Shown here piece by piece: positions 37,001 to 49,751 of a stretch of DNA of 64,000 nt (positions are counted from its first letter, which is position 1; each line of letters opens with the position of its first letter). The DNA comes from Squalus acanthias. Its lineage: Eukaryota. The stretch covers positions 45,136,001-45,200,000 of the forward strand of contig CM059433.1 in NCBI GenBank assembly GCA_030390025.1, written 5' to 3'. A program made the position numbers and the translations under genes. The notes under the pieces were generated by a model, which was not told the origin of the DNA, made no database searches, and worked only from the letters and a program-made list of their open reading frames with translations.

Positions 37001-37659
37001 CTGAAGTCCCATCTGCCCGCTCAGGTGCACCTAGAAGATTCCACAGTAATTTGCGAGGAAGATTTTCATCACTCCACCCATGGCGGCTGTGCCTTTAGGT
37101 ACCTAGGCCCTAATTCCCTCCCTAAACACCGTCCATCTCGCTCTCCCCGCCTTCTTAAAACCTACCTCTTTGACCAAGCTTTTGGTCACCTGTCCTAATA
37201 TCTTATGTGGTTCGGTGCCAAATTTGGTTTGATAACACTCCTATGAAGCACCTTGGGACGGCTGTATAAATGCAAATTGTTGTTAATTTCTCCTGGCGTC
37301 CTGGCCCAACATTTATCCCTTAATCAACACCTCAAAACAGAGTATCTGGTCATTTATCACATTGATGTTTGTAGGACCTGGTTGTGTGCAAATTGGCTCA
37401 CGATCCCACATATGAGCACCTCTGGGCGACGTGACTCAAGTCCAAACAGCTGCCCTTCATCTAAGCGGAAAGCGAGATAAGTATTCTCGATACGGACCAA
37501 GAAAGAGGCAGGTTGATCCAGCTCTGAAGGCACGAAAGTTGATGGGCTGCCAATGACAGATTCCTGTCAGAATGGATTGCTCCTCATGCAACCTTCCAAA
37601 AGCAGTGGGATTCATCACATCAACAACTGTTCAACAGATAATTACATGGTGGAGAAAGG

Positions 37660-38155
37660 AATAGAAGAAGGATATGCTGATAAGGTGAGATGAAGAGGAG
37701 TGGGAGACTGGTGTGGAGCATAAACACCGGCATGGACCAGTTGGGCTGAATGGCCTGTTTCTGTGCTGTAAATCCTATGTAATGCAGTTAACAGTAGAAT
37801 CACAGAATCTACAGCACAGAAACAGGCTATTTGACCCAACTGGTCCATGCCGGTGTTTACACTACACACCAGCCTCCTCCCATCTTGCCTCCATATCCCT
37901 CTATTCCCTTCTCCCTCATGTATGCATCAAGCCTCCCCTTAACTGCAGCAATGCTCTCTGCTTCAACCACTCCATGTGGCAGCGAGTTCCACATTCTCAC
38001 CACTCTCTGACTAAAGAAATTCCTCGAGTTCTGTATTTGATCTGTTAGTGACCATCTTATATTTATGCTCCCTTTGTTGTGGACTCACCCACCAGTGGAA
38101 ATAGATTCTCCACGCCTACCCTATCGAACCCTTCATAGTGTTAAAGACCTCTATC
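37660..38155. mobile_element. two CR1 3' ends tail-to-tail
   Basis: 37721-37779 is the imperfect reverse complement of 37801-37859. Confidence 0.8.
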
Positions 38156-38533
38156 ATATCAGGCAGGATCTAGAGGAACCCCAGTACAACTAAAGCAGAA
38201 GAGATTTCAGTGAACACAATCAAAGCGACCCCAGGCAGAACCCCGGCCTGTCATAGGCCTGTCTGCGAGTCTGGGAGATCGGACATGTTCTGACAGCACA
38301 CAACCCAGGCACAAGACTCAAGTGTTGAATGACACTGTTGTATACACAAATGGAATTGTAAGAGTATGAGTTAGAGAAAACATAGTAGGCATTCATGGGC
38401 AAGAGAGCGCGAGTGTGAGAATGTGTGCAAGGCTGTGCATGATTGTTCCAAGTGTGCGTGAGAGTTAATGAATGTGTGAACGTGAGATATGCAAAGGTAA
38501 ATTCACCAATTCCACGGTCCCAGTGGTTGCAAG

Positions 38534-39714
38534 TGTAAGGGGTATCTTAATGGGGTCAGCCTTCGCTTTCTGACACAGTGAGCGGTTCGAATCGCTCCCA
38601 CACCCCTCCGGTTCCTAGACTTTGGGCTTATTTAGGGGTTGTGAACAAAATTGCAGTAAACAGGTTCTGATGAAAGAATTTTACTTTATTAAAAGAAAAA
38701 GGTAACAAACTTGAAACACACTTATTACTTAAACACAGATTCGGGGAACACACGGTACAAGCGAGGGAAATGACAATATATCAAACAAAACCTTATCCCT
38801 CCCAAAGATCCCACTATCTGGCTAGGTTTTTGGTTTCAGGAGATCAAGGATAATGCTCACCAACGAATCCTTGACAGATATTAGAGTCTTTTGTTTAAAA
38901 GGACTCCGTAAGGCCCTTGTTGCTGCGAGGTGTCTGATGGTCACTGAGGTACTCGCTCTGGTTTCTTCTTGCGTGCTGGCCTTCTTCCTCGTGGCTTGTG
39001 GTAGGTTTTGCTGGAGCAGGGAGAGCTGTGTCTGCGTCGTCAGCCAGTCCGAAAGAGAGAGAGATTATGGCACAGGCTCTCAAATTATACTGTTTCTTTT
39101 TCGCGCCCAAAAAACCCTTACTAAAACGAATTCCTTTTGATTGTAAATGAACCTTGCTTAGTCCAATTGTCTAGTTTTTGGCGGGCTTGCCAGTTCCGAT
39201 GGCTTTAGCTCAGTGTTAATCGTTTTCCGATTTAAACACAGCCTTATCTACGCGCCAAATCTCCACCCTATTGTCCTTCTGTTGGCGGGCTTTTAAATCT
39301 TTTCTGTGGATACCTGGTTGATTGGTTTTTTTGATGGGATAATGGCTATGAAACTGTGTGATCGAAGTTATATTGACATTGAATCGTTTTTAGATTTCCA
39401 GCATCTTGTTTGCCCCTGGGGATCCATATTTGAATGTCTTTGTGAGTTTTTGCTTTGTCTCAAACAATTCCCAGACAGCTTGATCTGTTCACTGCCCGGC
39501 CACGCCCCTCGCAGCTTGTGTCTGTGAAAAGGTGTATCTCCCAACAGTAAGATTCAAAAAAATCAGTTTCCTCAGGTTTTTCTTCCCTGATCTTTAGGTT
39601 TTTACATCAAATCACTTCACTTAGGCCCCATCATCCCAAATTTGTATGAAAAGTCCAAAAATCACTCCCTTTAGGGCTCTGTTCGAGTTTCTGGGGGATT
39701 TTGCGAAGCCTACA
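38534..39714 (-). mobile_element. solo LTR, 1181 bp
   Basis: TGTAAGG...CCTACA termini, 4-bp TSD CAAG (38530-38533, 39715-39718), AATAAA on - at 38685-38690; no internal coding region. Confidence 0.72.
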
Positions 39715-40114
39715 CAAGGTGAATTGGGGCCCATCTCTGACCTATGTACAAATTTCAGCATGGCCCCTTGCTGGGAGCACAGAATACTGAGTGTATCTTA
39801 CACACACCGTCAAAACTTTATTATGCATTCTTGTCCCATCACACCAGGTTTCTGCCTTCTTTGTTGTCCTGGGATTTCTGGGCTACCCTTAGGGGGCTGG
39901 GTGGGCACAGGCTCAGCTTACTTATGTTAATGAAACAGGCGGCGTTCTCGGACCTCCTGTCTCGATTTCCTGTCATGGCGCTACAAGGAGGCCCAAAGGG
40001 ACGGATTCCCCGAGACTCTGGCAGTGGTTCATGCACCAGGACTTCCCACTCAGATCAGAGGGGGGCCTCCTCAAAGTGAAGGCAAAGCTAGGCTCAAATA
40101 TTTATTGGAGTGAA

Positions 40115-40558
40115 AAAAAAAACTTCCATTTCTGCAGCGTCCATCACAACCTCAGGACGTCCCAAAGCGCTTTACAACCAATGAAGTACCTTTTGATGAG
40201 TGATCACTGTTGAAATGTCAGCCAATTTGCATACAACAAGCTCCCACAAACAGCAATGTGATAATGATAATCTGTTTTAGTGATGTTGGTTGAGAGATAA
40301 ATATTGGCCGGACGAGGAGAACTCTGCTCTTCTTCGAAATAGTGTCCTGGGATCTTTTATGTCCACCTGAGGGGGCAGATGGGGCCTCAGTTTAAAGTTT
40401 CATTCGAAAGACGACAACGCCAACAGCGCAGCCCACCCTCAGTACTGCACTGGGAGCGTTGGCCTGGATTATGTGCTCAAGTCTCTGGAGTGGAGCTTGA
40501 ACACACGACCTTCTGACCCAGAGGCGAGAGTGACGCCAATGAGCCACGGCTGACACCA
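40115..40558 (-). mobile_element. Deu-domain SINE, full length
   Basis: Head (gagccacggctgacacc on +) to tail homology with the other copies. Confidence 0.85.
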
Positions 40559-40767
40559 TTCAGGCCTCTGGACCTTCAGGCCTCGGGGATCTTCCAATGG
40601 CACCTGGAAGGCCCACAAGCCAGTGGCCAAGTCTGCAGCTGCGTTCCTCTTTCCGCCCTCGTTTCCAGGTGCAAGGTCCTACCAGGTGGGCCGACCTGCG
40701 TCGCAGGTTGTGACTGGGCCACAATAATGGGCCGACTCACCAAATCCACACACAGCGTACCTTATAC

Positions 40768-42005
40768 AACAGCAACTTGCATTTATACAGCACCTTTAAC
40801 CTAGAAAAATGTCCCAAGGCGCTTCACAGAGGCGCATTCAGACAAAAATGGACACTGAGCTAAAGGAGGAGATATTAGGATAGGTGAGTAAAAGCTTGGT
40901 CAGAGGCAGCTTTGAAGTGAGGTGTGGAAGATAGAGGGGCGGAGAGGTTTAGGGAGGGAATGTAGTATCTTGGGGCCTGGGTGGCTAAAGGCACGGCCAC
41001 CAATAATGGGGTGCAGGGAGGGAGAATGCACAGGATGCCAGAGTTGAGGAACAGAGAATTCATGTTGTAAGTCTAGGAGGATATAGAGATAGGGAGGGGC
41101 AAGGCCATGAAGGGATTTAAACACAAGGATGAAAATTTTAAATTAGAGGTGTCGGAGGACCAGGAGCTAACCTAGATCAGCAAGGAGTGACAGATGAACA
41201 AGACTTTGTGCAGAACAGGAAGCAGTGTTTTGAGATCAGCCCAAGTTTACAGAGCAAGGAGGATGGGAAGCCGGCCAGCAGAGCATTGGAATGGTTGAGT
41301 CTGGAGGTGACAAGGCATGGATGAGTATTCAGCAGTAGATGGGCTGCGGTGGGCGATATTATGGAGGTGGAAGTAGGCGGTCTTGACAATGGAGAGAATA
41401 TGGGTTCAGAAGCTAACCTCAGGGTCAAATAGGACGCCGAGATTGCGGAAAATCTGAGACAGTGGCCAGGGAGGGAGATGAAATCAACGGCAAGAGTGTG
41501 GAGATGGTGGCAGGGGTCGAAGACAATGGCTTCAGTTTTCCCATTATTTAACTGGAGCTAATTACAGCTCATCCAATACTGGATGTCGGACAAGCAGTTT
41601 GACAACACAGAGGCAGTGGCGGGGGGTAGAAAGTAGTGACGGGGAGGTAGAGCTGGGTGTCGTCAGTGTACATGTATCTTTGGATGATGTCACCAAAGGG
41701 CAGCATGCAGATGAGGAAGAGGAGGGGGCAACGGATAGATCCTTGGTAGACTCCAGATGTAATGGTGCCAGGGCAGGAAGAGAAGTCATTGCTGCAGATT
41801 CTCTGGACACAATTTGATGGGCAAGAGCAGAACCAAGTGAGGGCAGTACCACTCGACTGGACAATGGAGGAGAGGTGTTGGAGGAGGGATGCTGTGGTTG
41901 ACCATGTCAAAGGCTCCAGAGAAGTCAAGGAGGATGAGGAGGTCACAGTCACAGAGGATGGCATTTGTGACTTTGATTGGGGTCGATTCAATGCTGTGGT
42001 CAGGA
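40768..42005 (-). mobile_element. L2 LINE 3' fragment
   Basis: LLILLDFSGAFDMVNH, SGVYQGS, YTDDTQLY, MFKSLHGLAPPYL motifs. Confidence 0.85.
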
Positions 42006-43097
42006 ACAATCATCTGTTCAATATTACTTTGTGCAATAAATTGATATGTGGCTTCCTATACCTTATAAAATCAACATATCAAAAATTTCCAGTAATTCCA
42101 GGGAATAGTATCTCTTTCTCCTTCCCCTCCCTTGACTGTTAATCTATCCTTTTATTTCCTACAAGGACATAATCTTAAAATTAGAGGTAGACCATTCAGG
42201 AGTGAAATCAGGAAGCACTTCTTCACACCAAGAGTAGTGGAAATCTGGAAAACTCTCGGCCAAAAGGCTGTGCATGCTGGGGATAATTGGAGCTTTCAAG
42301 ACCGAGATCAATAGATTTTTGTTGGGTAAAGGTATCAAGCGATATGGAGTAAAGGCGGGTAAATGGGGTTGAGGTGCACATCTGATTGAATGACGGAAGA
42401 GGCTCGAGGGGCTGAATGGCCTACACTTGTTCCTGTCTGTACAAACCCAACATCATCTGTTTTTTTGTTTGAGATTCCCAGCAGTCACCCAGATTCTGGT
42501 TCTCTTTAATAGACACCCATTTACTCATTTGAGGATATATGTGTACATTGACTGTTGTTATTCCATTTGAGCAGTTGGGGGGGGGGGGGGGGGGGGGGGC
42601 GCGGCGGAGGGGCCGACTGATCTGGACAGTTAGCATTCCTGTACAGCAGGCGGAGCTGCTAATCTCGGTCACAAAGCTCTAAAGAGTTAACACTGTACAT
42701 GGAATCGCGAAGGCAATCCAGGAGGAATGCGAGTTATGCGTTCATCAATCTTACACTTACATCGCCCTGTCACAAGGGAAGGTCTCTGAAGGGGCAGCAA
42801 CTGTCATGAAAAGAAAAGTATGGTTTTAATATAAAAGTGAAGCGTTTAAAATGAATTGAGTGTCAGAGAGCTGAATCTTCTACTTTTTGATTTTACAGGG
42901 AAATTATATATATTTTTTTAAGTCTTCAAAATATTGAGCAGAACACCATTCATAAGAGAGCCAGGCCATTCAGGAGTGAAATCAGGAAGCACCTTTTCCA
43001 CACAAACAGTAGTGGAAATTTGGAACTAGCTCCCTTAAAAAGGTTGTAGATGCTGGAGGACATTTGGAGCTTTCAAAACTGAGGTTGATAGATTTGT

Positions 43098-44263
43098 ACA
43101 ATAGCAAAATACTGCGGATGCTGGAAATCTGAAATAACAGAAAATGCTGGAAACACTCAGCAGGCCAGGCAGCATCCGTGGAGAGAGAAACAGAGTTAAC
43201 GTTTCAGGTCTGGGACCCTTCATCAGAACTGGAAAAAGCTGGAGATGTAACAGATAATAAGCAGGTGCAGAGACGGTGGGGGGGGGGGGGGGCAATGGGA
43301 GGGGAGGAAGGAATTGAAGGAACATACTGTGCTTATGTAAGAGGCAGGGAAGATAAAATGTTGCAAATGGGAATGGCAAAATCATACAGCATGAAAAAAG
43401 GCAGGGGTTATAGTTTAAAATTGTTGAACTCAATGTTGAGTCCAGAAGGCTGTAAAGTGCCTAATCAAAAGATGAGGTGCTGTTCCTCGAGCTTACGTTG
43501 AGCTTCATTGGAACAGTGCAAGAGGCCGAGGACAGAGAGGTCAGAGTGGAGCGGAGAATTAAAGTGACAGGCGACCGGAAGCTCAGGGTCACCCTTACGG
43601 ACTGAACGGAGATGTTCCGCAAAGCGGTCACCCAATCTGCGTTTGGTCTCCCCAATGTAGAGGAGACCGCATCGTGAGCAGTGAATACAGTATACTAAAT
43701 TGCAGGAAGTACAAGTAAATCGCTGTTTCACCTGGAAGGGGTGTTTGGGGCCCTGGACAGTGGGAAGGGAGGTGGTAAAAGGGCATGTGTTGCATCTCCT
43801 GCGCTTGCACGAGCGAAGGGGAAGGGGTGCTGGGGGTGGTAGAGGAGTGGACCAGGGTGTCGCGGAGGGAGCGGTCCCTTCGGAATGCTGAAAGGGGAGG
43901 TGAGGGGAAGATGCGTTTGGTGTTGGGATCACGCTGGAGGTGGCGGAAATGGCAGAGGATGATCCGTTGAATGTGGAGGCTGGTGGGGTGAAAGGTGAGG
44001 ACAAGGGGAACTCTATCGTGGTTCTGGGAGGGAGGGGAAGGGGTGGGAGCAGAAGTGCGGGAAATGGAATGGACACCTGTCAAGGGCCGTGTCAACCACA
44101 GTAGAGGGGAATCCTCGGTTGAGGAAAAAGACATGTCGGAAGCACTGGTATGGAAGGTGGCATCGTCAGAGCAGATTCGGTGGAGATGGAGAAACTAGGA
44201 GAATGGAATAGAGTCCTTACAGGAAGTGGGAGGAAGTGTAGTCCAGGTAGCTGTGGGAGTCAC
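43098..44263 (-). mobile_element. Penelope-like retroelement (RT end + GIY-YIG), TSD ATTTGT, nested in a CR1 tail
   Basis: DRVPLVLTFHP, NLVYCIHCSRCGLLYIGETKRRLGDRFAEH; ATTTGT at 43092-43097 and 44264-44269. Confidence 0.9.
43194..43230 (-). ncRNA. minimal type-I hammerhead ribozyme motif
   Basis: AGTT-CTGATGA-agggtcccagacct-GAAACGTT-AACT: intact cores, stem II GGGTC/GACCT, palindromic stem III AACGTT, 4-bp stem I AGTT/AACT. Confidence 0.78.
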
Positions 44264-44479
44264 ATTTGTGTTGGATAAGCTATCGAGGGATATGGAGCAA
44301 AGGTGGGTAACTGGAGTTGAGGTACAGATCAGCCATGATCTAATTAAATGGCAGAGCATGTTCAAGGGGCTGAATGGCCTCCTCCTGTTCCCAAGTTTGG
44401 GATGAGCTTTCACGTATGTGCTGATTTCATGCAGCTCTGAGAGAAGTTAAGGAGGGACAGTAAGCCCACACTAGCAATC

Positions 44480-45100
44480 ACACAGTATTATTGGAGACGG
44501 GATGCATACAAGCGCTGGAAGGAACCAAGAGGGTGACACCAGTTTGAGTTGAAGACCAGAGGTACACAGGTGCCAGCAGCAGGTATCCAGGCTGCAGTTT
44601 GTAAAGACAGCCAGTGTACCAAGGGAGTGGCAAAACTGGGACACCATCTAGGGCATACTGGAGGACATGAAAAGGTTGATGTGAACTTGGAAGTAGGTTC
44701 AACAAAATTATAAAATCAAGTATTTCATCACCAATCAACAAAAAGTTGAAGTTTTGGTGTCGGAGCAGGTTGCAAGAGAGATGGGGAGTCGGGTACTGGA
44801 GAGTGCACTCGTGAGGGGTTTGGGAGTGTATTACATTTGTTTTTTGTTACATCTATGGGAATAAAAGGGCGGCGGGTGTTTGAGGCAGACCAGGCTAATG
44901 TGAATAAGGAAGGAAATGAACAAGTGATCAGAGATGGCCTTGTTGGTAATCGAGACCTACAATGTAGGGAAGCTTCGTGTGAGGACAAGGTCGAGGAAGA
45001 CTTGATGTGGAGGGTGAGGTGAGTATAAATCAATCGGGGAAGAGAGCAGGATCATTTCATATCCAAATTGAAGTCTCCAAGGAGGGAGAGTTGCTCAGCG
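44480..45100 (-). mobile_element. ancient LINE (L2-like) endonuclease remnant
   Basis: Minus-strand LSLLGDFNLD (~45060-45090) and SITNKAISDHLFIS (~44910-44955) APE motifs. Confidence 0.55.
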
Positions 45101-45579
45101 CAGACTCAATGTGATTGGAAGCAGAGAGAAAGGAACACAGGAAACCACAGGAGACTCTGCAGTCCATCTGTCAGGTCCTGTACATTAAAAACCCTCAATC
45201 GCCCACCCCCTCAAATCTATCAAATTCTCACATTTTCCACATTGTGGAATTCACTGGATTTCGTGCTGTGTTACAAACTGGCTCTCCAAATGTCATACGC
45301 ACCATTAATCTCTACTTGATCTCATCTGCCGTGTGCCCTTCCATCCATTGCCTGCTGCAGATATCTGCTCAGTATAAATCAACATCTCAAAATAAAATGG
45401 AAATGCAGTTCAAATAATTAAGTGATTATTTTGATGTAAATTAGTGTCCCCTCCCCCCTCCGCTTCCCCTGTGACTGTGTACAATGACTGCACCCTACTG
45501 TGCAATCCAGTGCTCCTTCTAAGTGCTACCCTTGTGGGAGATGGGAGGGAGGTGGGTGGCTGATAAATGACACAGAAGC

Positions 45580-46730
45580 ATAGAAAAATAGAAGCAGGGG
45601 TAGGCCATTCGGCCCTTTGAGCCTGCTCCGCCATTCAATATAATTATGGCTGATCCTCTATCTCAATACCACATTCCCGCTCTCCCATACCCCTCGACGC
45701 CTTTTGCGTCTAGAAATCTATCTATCTCCTTCTTAAATATATTCAGTGACTTGGCCTCCACAACATTCTGTGGTAGAGAATTCCACAGGTTCACCACCCT
45801 CCGAGTGAAGAAATTTCTCCTCATTTCAGTCCTAAATGTCCTACCCCGTATCCTGAGACTGTGACCCCCTCGTTCTAGAGCCCCCAGCCAGGGGAAACAT
45901 CCTCCCTGCATCCAGTCTGTCTAGCCTTGTCAGAATTTTATACGTTTCAATGAGATCCCCTCTCATTCTTCTAAACTCTAGTGAATACAGGCCTAGTTGA
46001 CCCAATCTCTCCTCATAAGACAGTCCTGCCATCCCAGGAATCAGTCTGGTGAACCTTCACTGCACTCCTTCTATGGCAAGTATACCCTTTCTTAGGTAAG
46101 GAGACCAAAACTGCACACACTACTCCAGGTGTGGTCTCACCAAGGCCCTGTATAACTGTAGTAAGACATCCTTGCTCTGTACTCAAATCCTCTTGCAATG
46201 AAGGCCAACATACCATTTGCCTTCCTAACTGCTTGCTGCACCTGCATGTTTGCTTTCAGTGACTGGTGTACAAGGACACCCAGGTCCCTTTGTACATCAA
46301 CATTTCCCAATCTATCACCATTTAAATAATACTCTGCCTGTCTGTTTTATCTATCGAAGTGAATAACTTCACATTTATCCACGTTATACTGCATCTGCCA
46401 TGTATTTGCCCACTCACTCAACTTGTCTAAATCGCCTTGAAGTCTCTTTGCATCCTCCACACAACTCCCACTCCCACCTAGTTTTGGGTCGTCAGCAAAC
46501 TTGGAAATATTACATTTGGTTCCCTCATCCAAATCATTGATATATATTGTGAATAGCTGGGGCCCAAGCACGGATCCCTGCGGTACCCCACTAGTCACCG
46601 CCTGCCACCCCGAAAAAGACCCATTTATTCCTACTTTGTTTCCTGTCTGTTAACCAATTATCAATCCATGCCAGTATATTACCCCCAATCTCATGTGCTT
46701 TCATTTTGCACACTAACCTCTTATGTGGGA
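45580..46730 (-). mobile_element. CR1 LINE 3' fragment
   Basis: [33 protein letters not shown]. Confidence 0.92.
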
Positions 46731-47124
46731 GCAGCTCCTGAGATACAGGAGGGCTCCTTGCTCCATCTAGGCCACGAGTTGGCGTGTTATGGTAGCTGCC
46801 TGGGCCTACCCTCCTCCCTCTGGATGAAATGAATGTTAACATCGTCCAAGAGACAGCTCCCTCATCAATGCAAATTTATTCTGGCTCAAAAGTCAATTCT
46901 AGCTGATTGACTGATGTGCAAATTTATTAACTGATTCAGATTTACTAATTGTAATTCAATCGTACACAAATTTCCAGAAAGGAGACAACAAGCCGATCAC
47001 TTTGGTCAAAATACTTTGAATGATTTGTTTAATCTACTTTTCCCCTTTAGCCAGTCACTAAATGGATATGAACTAACACTAAAACTGAAATCATTTCACC
47101 AAATATTTCATTACACCCATCTCA

Positions 47125-48480
47125 TCTGTCTTTTTATCCAGCAGTCTAACCTCGGTGGTGGGAAAATTATTGAAAAGAATTCTGAAGGACAGGATAAATC
47201 TTCATTTAGAAAGACACGGATTAATCAAGGATAGTCAGCACGGATTTGTTAAGGGAAGGTCGTGTCTGACAAACTTGATTGAATTTTGAGGAGGTAACGA
47301 GGGTAGTGTGTTTGTTGTAGTTTATATGGACTTTAGCAAGGTTTTTGATAAGGTTCCACAGGGCAGACTGGTCACGAAGTTAAAAGCCCATGGGATCCAG
47401 GGCAAAGTGTCAAGTTGGATTCAAAACTGGCTCAGAGACAGGAAGCAGAGGGTAATGGTTGATGGGCATTGTGACTGGAAGGCTGTTTCCAGTGGGGTTC
47501 TGCAGGGCTCAGTACTCTGTCCCTTGCTTTTTGTGGTATATCTCAATGATCTAGACTTGAATATAGGGGGTATGATTAAGAAGTTGGCAGATGATACTAA
47601 AATCGGCTGTAGACTGCAGGAAGATATCGATAAATTGGTCAGGTGGGCAGAACAGTGGCAAATGGAATTCAATCTGGAGAAGTGTGAGGTAATGCATTTG
47701 GGGAGGGCTAAGAAGGAAAGGGAATACACATTAAATGATAGGACACCGAGTAGTGTAGAGGAACAAAGGGACCTTGGAGTGCATGTCCACAGATCCCTGA
47801 AGGTAGCAGGCCAGGTAGATAAGGTGGTTAAGGCGGCATACGGAATGCTTGCCTTTATTAGCCGTGGCATAGAATACAAGAGCAGGGGGGGTTATGCTTC
47901 AACTGTATAAAACACTGGTTAGGCCTCAGCTAGAGTACTGCGTGCAGTTCTGGTCACCACATTACAGGAAAGATGTGATTGCACTAGAGAGGGTACAGAG
48001 GAGATTTACAAGGATGTTGCCGGGAGTAGAGAAGCTTAGCTATGAGGAAAGACTGGATAGGCTGGGTCTGGTTTCCTTGGAACAGAGGAGGCTGAGGGGA
48101 GACCTTATTGAGGTGTATAAAATTATGAGGGGCATAGATAAAGGGGATAGAAAGGACCTATTTCCCTTAGCAGAGGGGTCAAAAACCAGGGGCACAGATT
48201 TAAAGTAATTGGTGGAAGGTTTAGAGGGGATTTGAAGGGAAATTTCTCCACCCAGAGAGTTGTGGGGGTCAGGAACTCACTGCCTGAAAGGGTGGTAGAG
48301 GCAGGAACCCTAACCACATTTAAAAAGTACTTGGATGTGCACTTGGGATGCTCTAACCTGCAGGGCTACGGACCAAGAGTGGGGAAGTGGGATTAGGCTA
48401 GATAGCTCTTTGTTGGCCGGCGCAGACACGATGGGCTGAAATGGCCTCCTTCCGTGCTGTAACTTTCTATGATTCTATAT
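47125..48480 (+). mobile_element. CR1 LINE 3' fragment
   Basis: YMDFSKVFDKVP, LADD, LVRPQLEYCVQFWSP. Confidence 0.92.
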
Positions 48481-48547
48481 CCTCTATATGAGGCTCTTCC
48501 CTGTAGCCTCGACCTGCCACCAGGCTACTCTCTAATAATGATCCCGA

Positions 48548-49010
48548 AAGACTTGCATTTATATCGTGCCTTTCATGGTCTCAGGATGTCCCAAAGCGCT
48601 TTCCAGCTTTTTGAAGTGTACTCACTCTTGTAATGTAGGAAACACAGCAGGCAATTTGTACACAGCAAGGTCCCACAATAGGCAATGTTATGACCAGATC
48701 ATCTGGGGGGCCCGGGGGCGGGGGGGGGGGGGAAAAAGAGAGGGTTTTACAGCGTTGGTTGAGGGATAAATATTGGCCAGAACACCGGGGATAACTCCCC
48801 TGCTCCTCTTCGAAATAGCGCCATGGGATCTTTTTCGTCCACTTGAGACAGTTAAACATGTCAGAAAGACGGCACCTCCGACAATGCAGCACTCCCTCAG
48901 TACAGGACTGGGAGCGTCGGCCTGGATTCTGTGCTCAAGTCACTGGAGCGGGACATGAACCCATGACCTTCTGACTCAGAAGCACGAGTGCTACACACGA
49001 GCCATGGCAG
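48548..49010 (-). mobile_element. Deu-domain SINE with internal G-run
   Basis: Homologous to 40115-40558. Confidence 0.8.
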
Positions 49011-49516
49011 ATCCTATTATTCCAAAACTGTCAAGTGTCTTTAGTGTACACAGTAAGCACATATTATTTGTCAGACACTGCATACATCCCTGCATGTTTG
49101 TTTGAACGACATCAGGGCACAGAGCGTGGGCAGAAGAGGTACACATACGCATTTACCCATTGGCACGGCTTGAAAGTCTTACTCGGGATAGTGAGTGGAT
49201 ACTGGAACGCTTCAATGAGCTCCAGTCTCTAAATTGTCACACGGCTTGTCCAACATCCAGTACTGGATGAGTAGCAATTTCCTCTAACTAAATATTGGGA
49301 AGATCAAAGCCATTGGCCCAGATTTTGCAATAGTTACGGCGAGGCTAACAGCGCTCGCCGTTATTACAGGGTAAATCTGACGTCTGCACATGCGCAGTTA
49401 AACGCAGAAATCCAGAAGTTGCCGTCAGAGCTTCCTGCTCTTCAATCAACAGTCCACCCGAACAGGCAGCTCACCCGAACATTGGCCCCTCTAACAATGC
49501 AGCACCCACCTCAGCA

Positions 49517-49751
49517 TAGCATTGCCAACCCTCCAGGATTGCCCTGGAGTCTCCAGGAATTGAAGATTAATCTCCTGGATACTGCTGCCAGCAAAAAACC
49601 CAGGAGAAAAATTCATTTTCTTTAAACACTTTTTAGTCGTAGAAATATTAGAAATGGGAAAAAGGGCTGTTTGACCGGGCAGGGCGGTTAGAGGAGCGAG
49701 GTCATGCGATGAAACGTCCAGAATAAGTCTAACCAGAGTTGGCAACCCCTA
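49517..49751. mobile_element. hAT MITE with 8-bp TSD
   Basis: TAGCATTGCCAAC...GTTGGCAACCCCTA; CCTCAGCA at 49509-49516 and 49752-49759. Confidence 0.85.
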
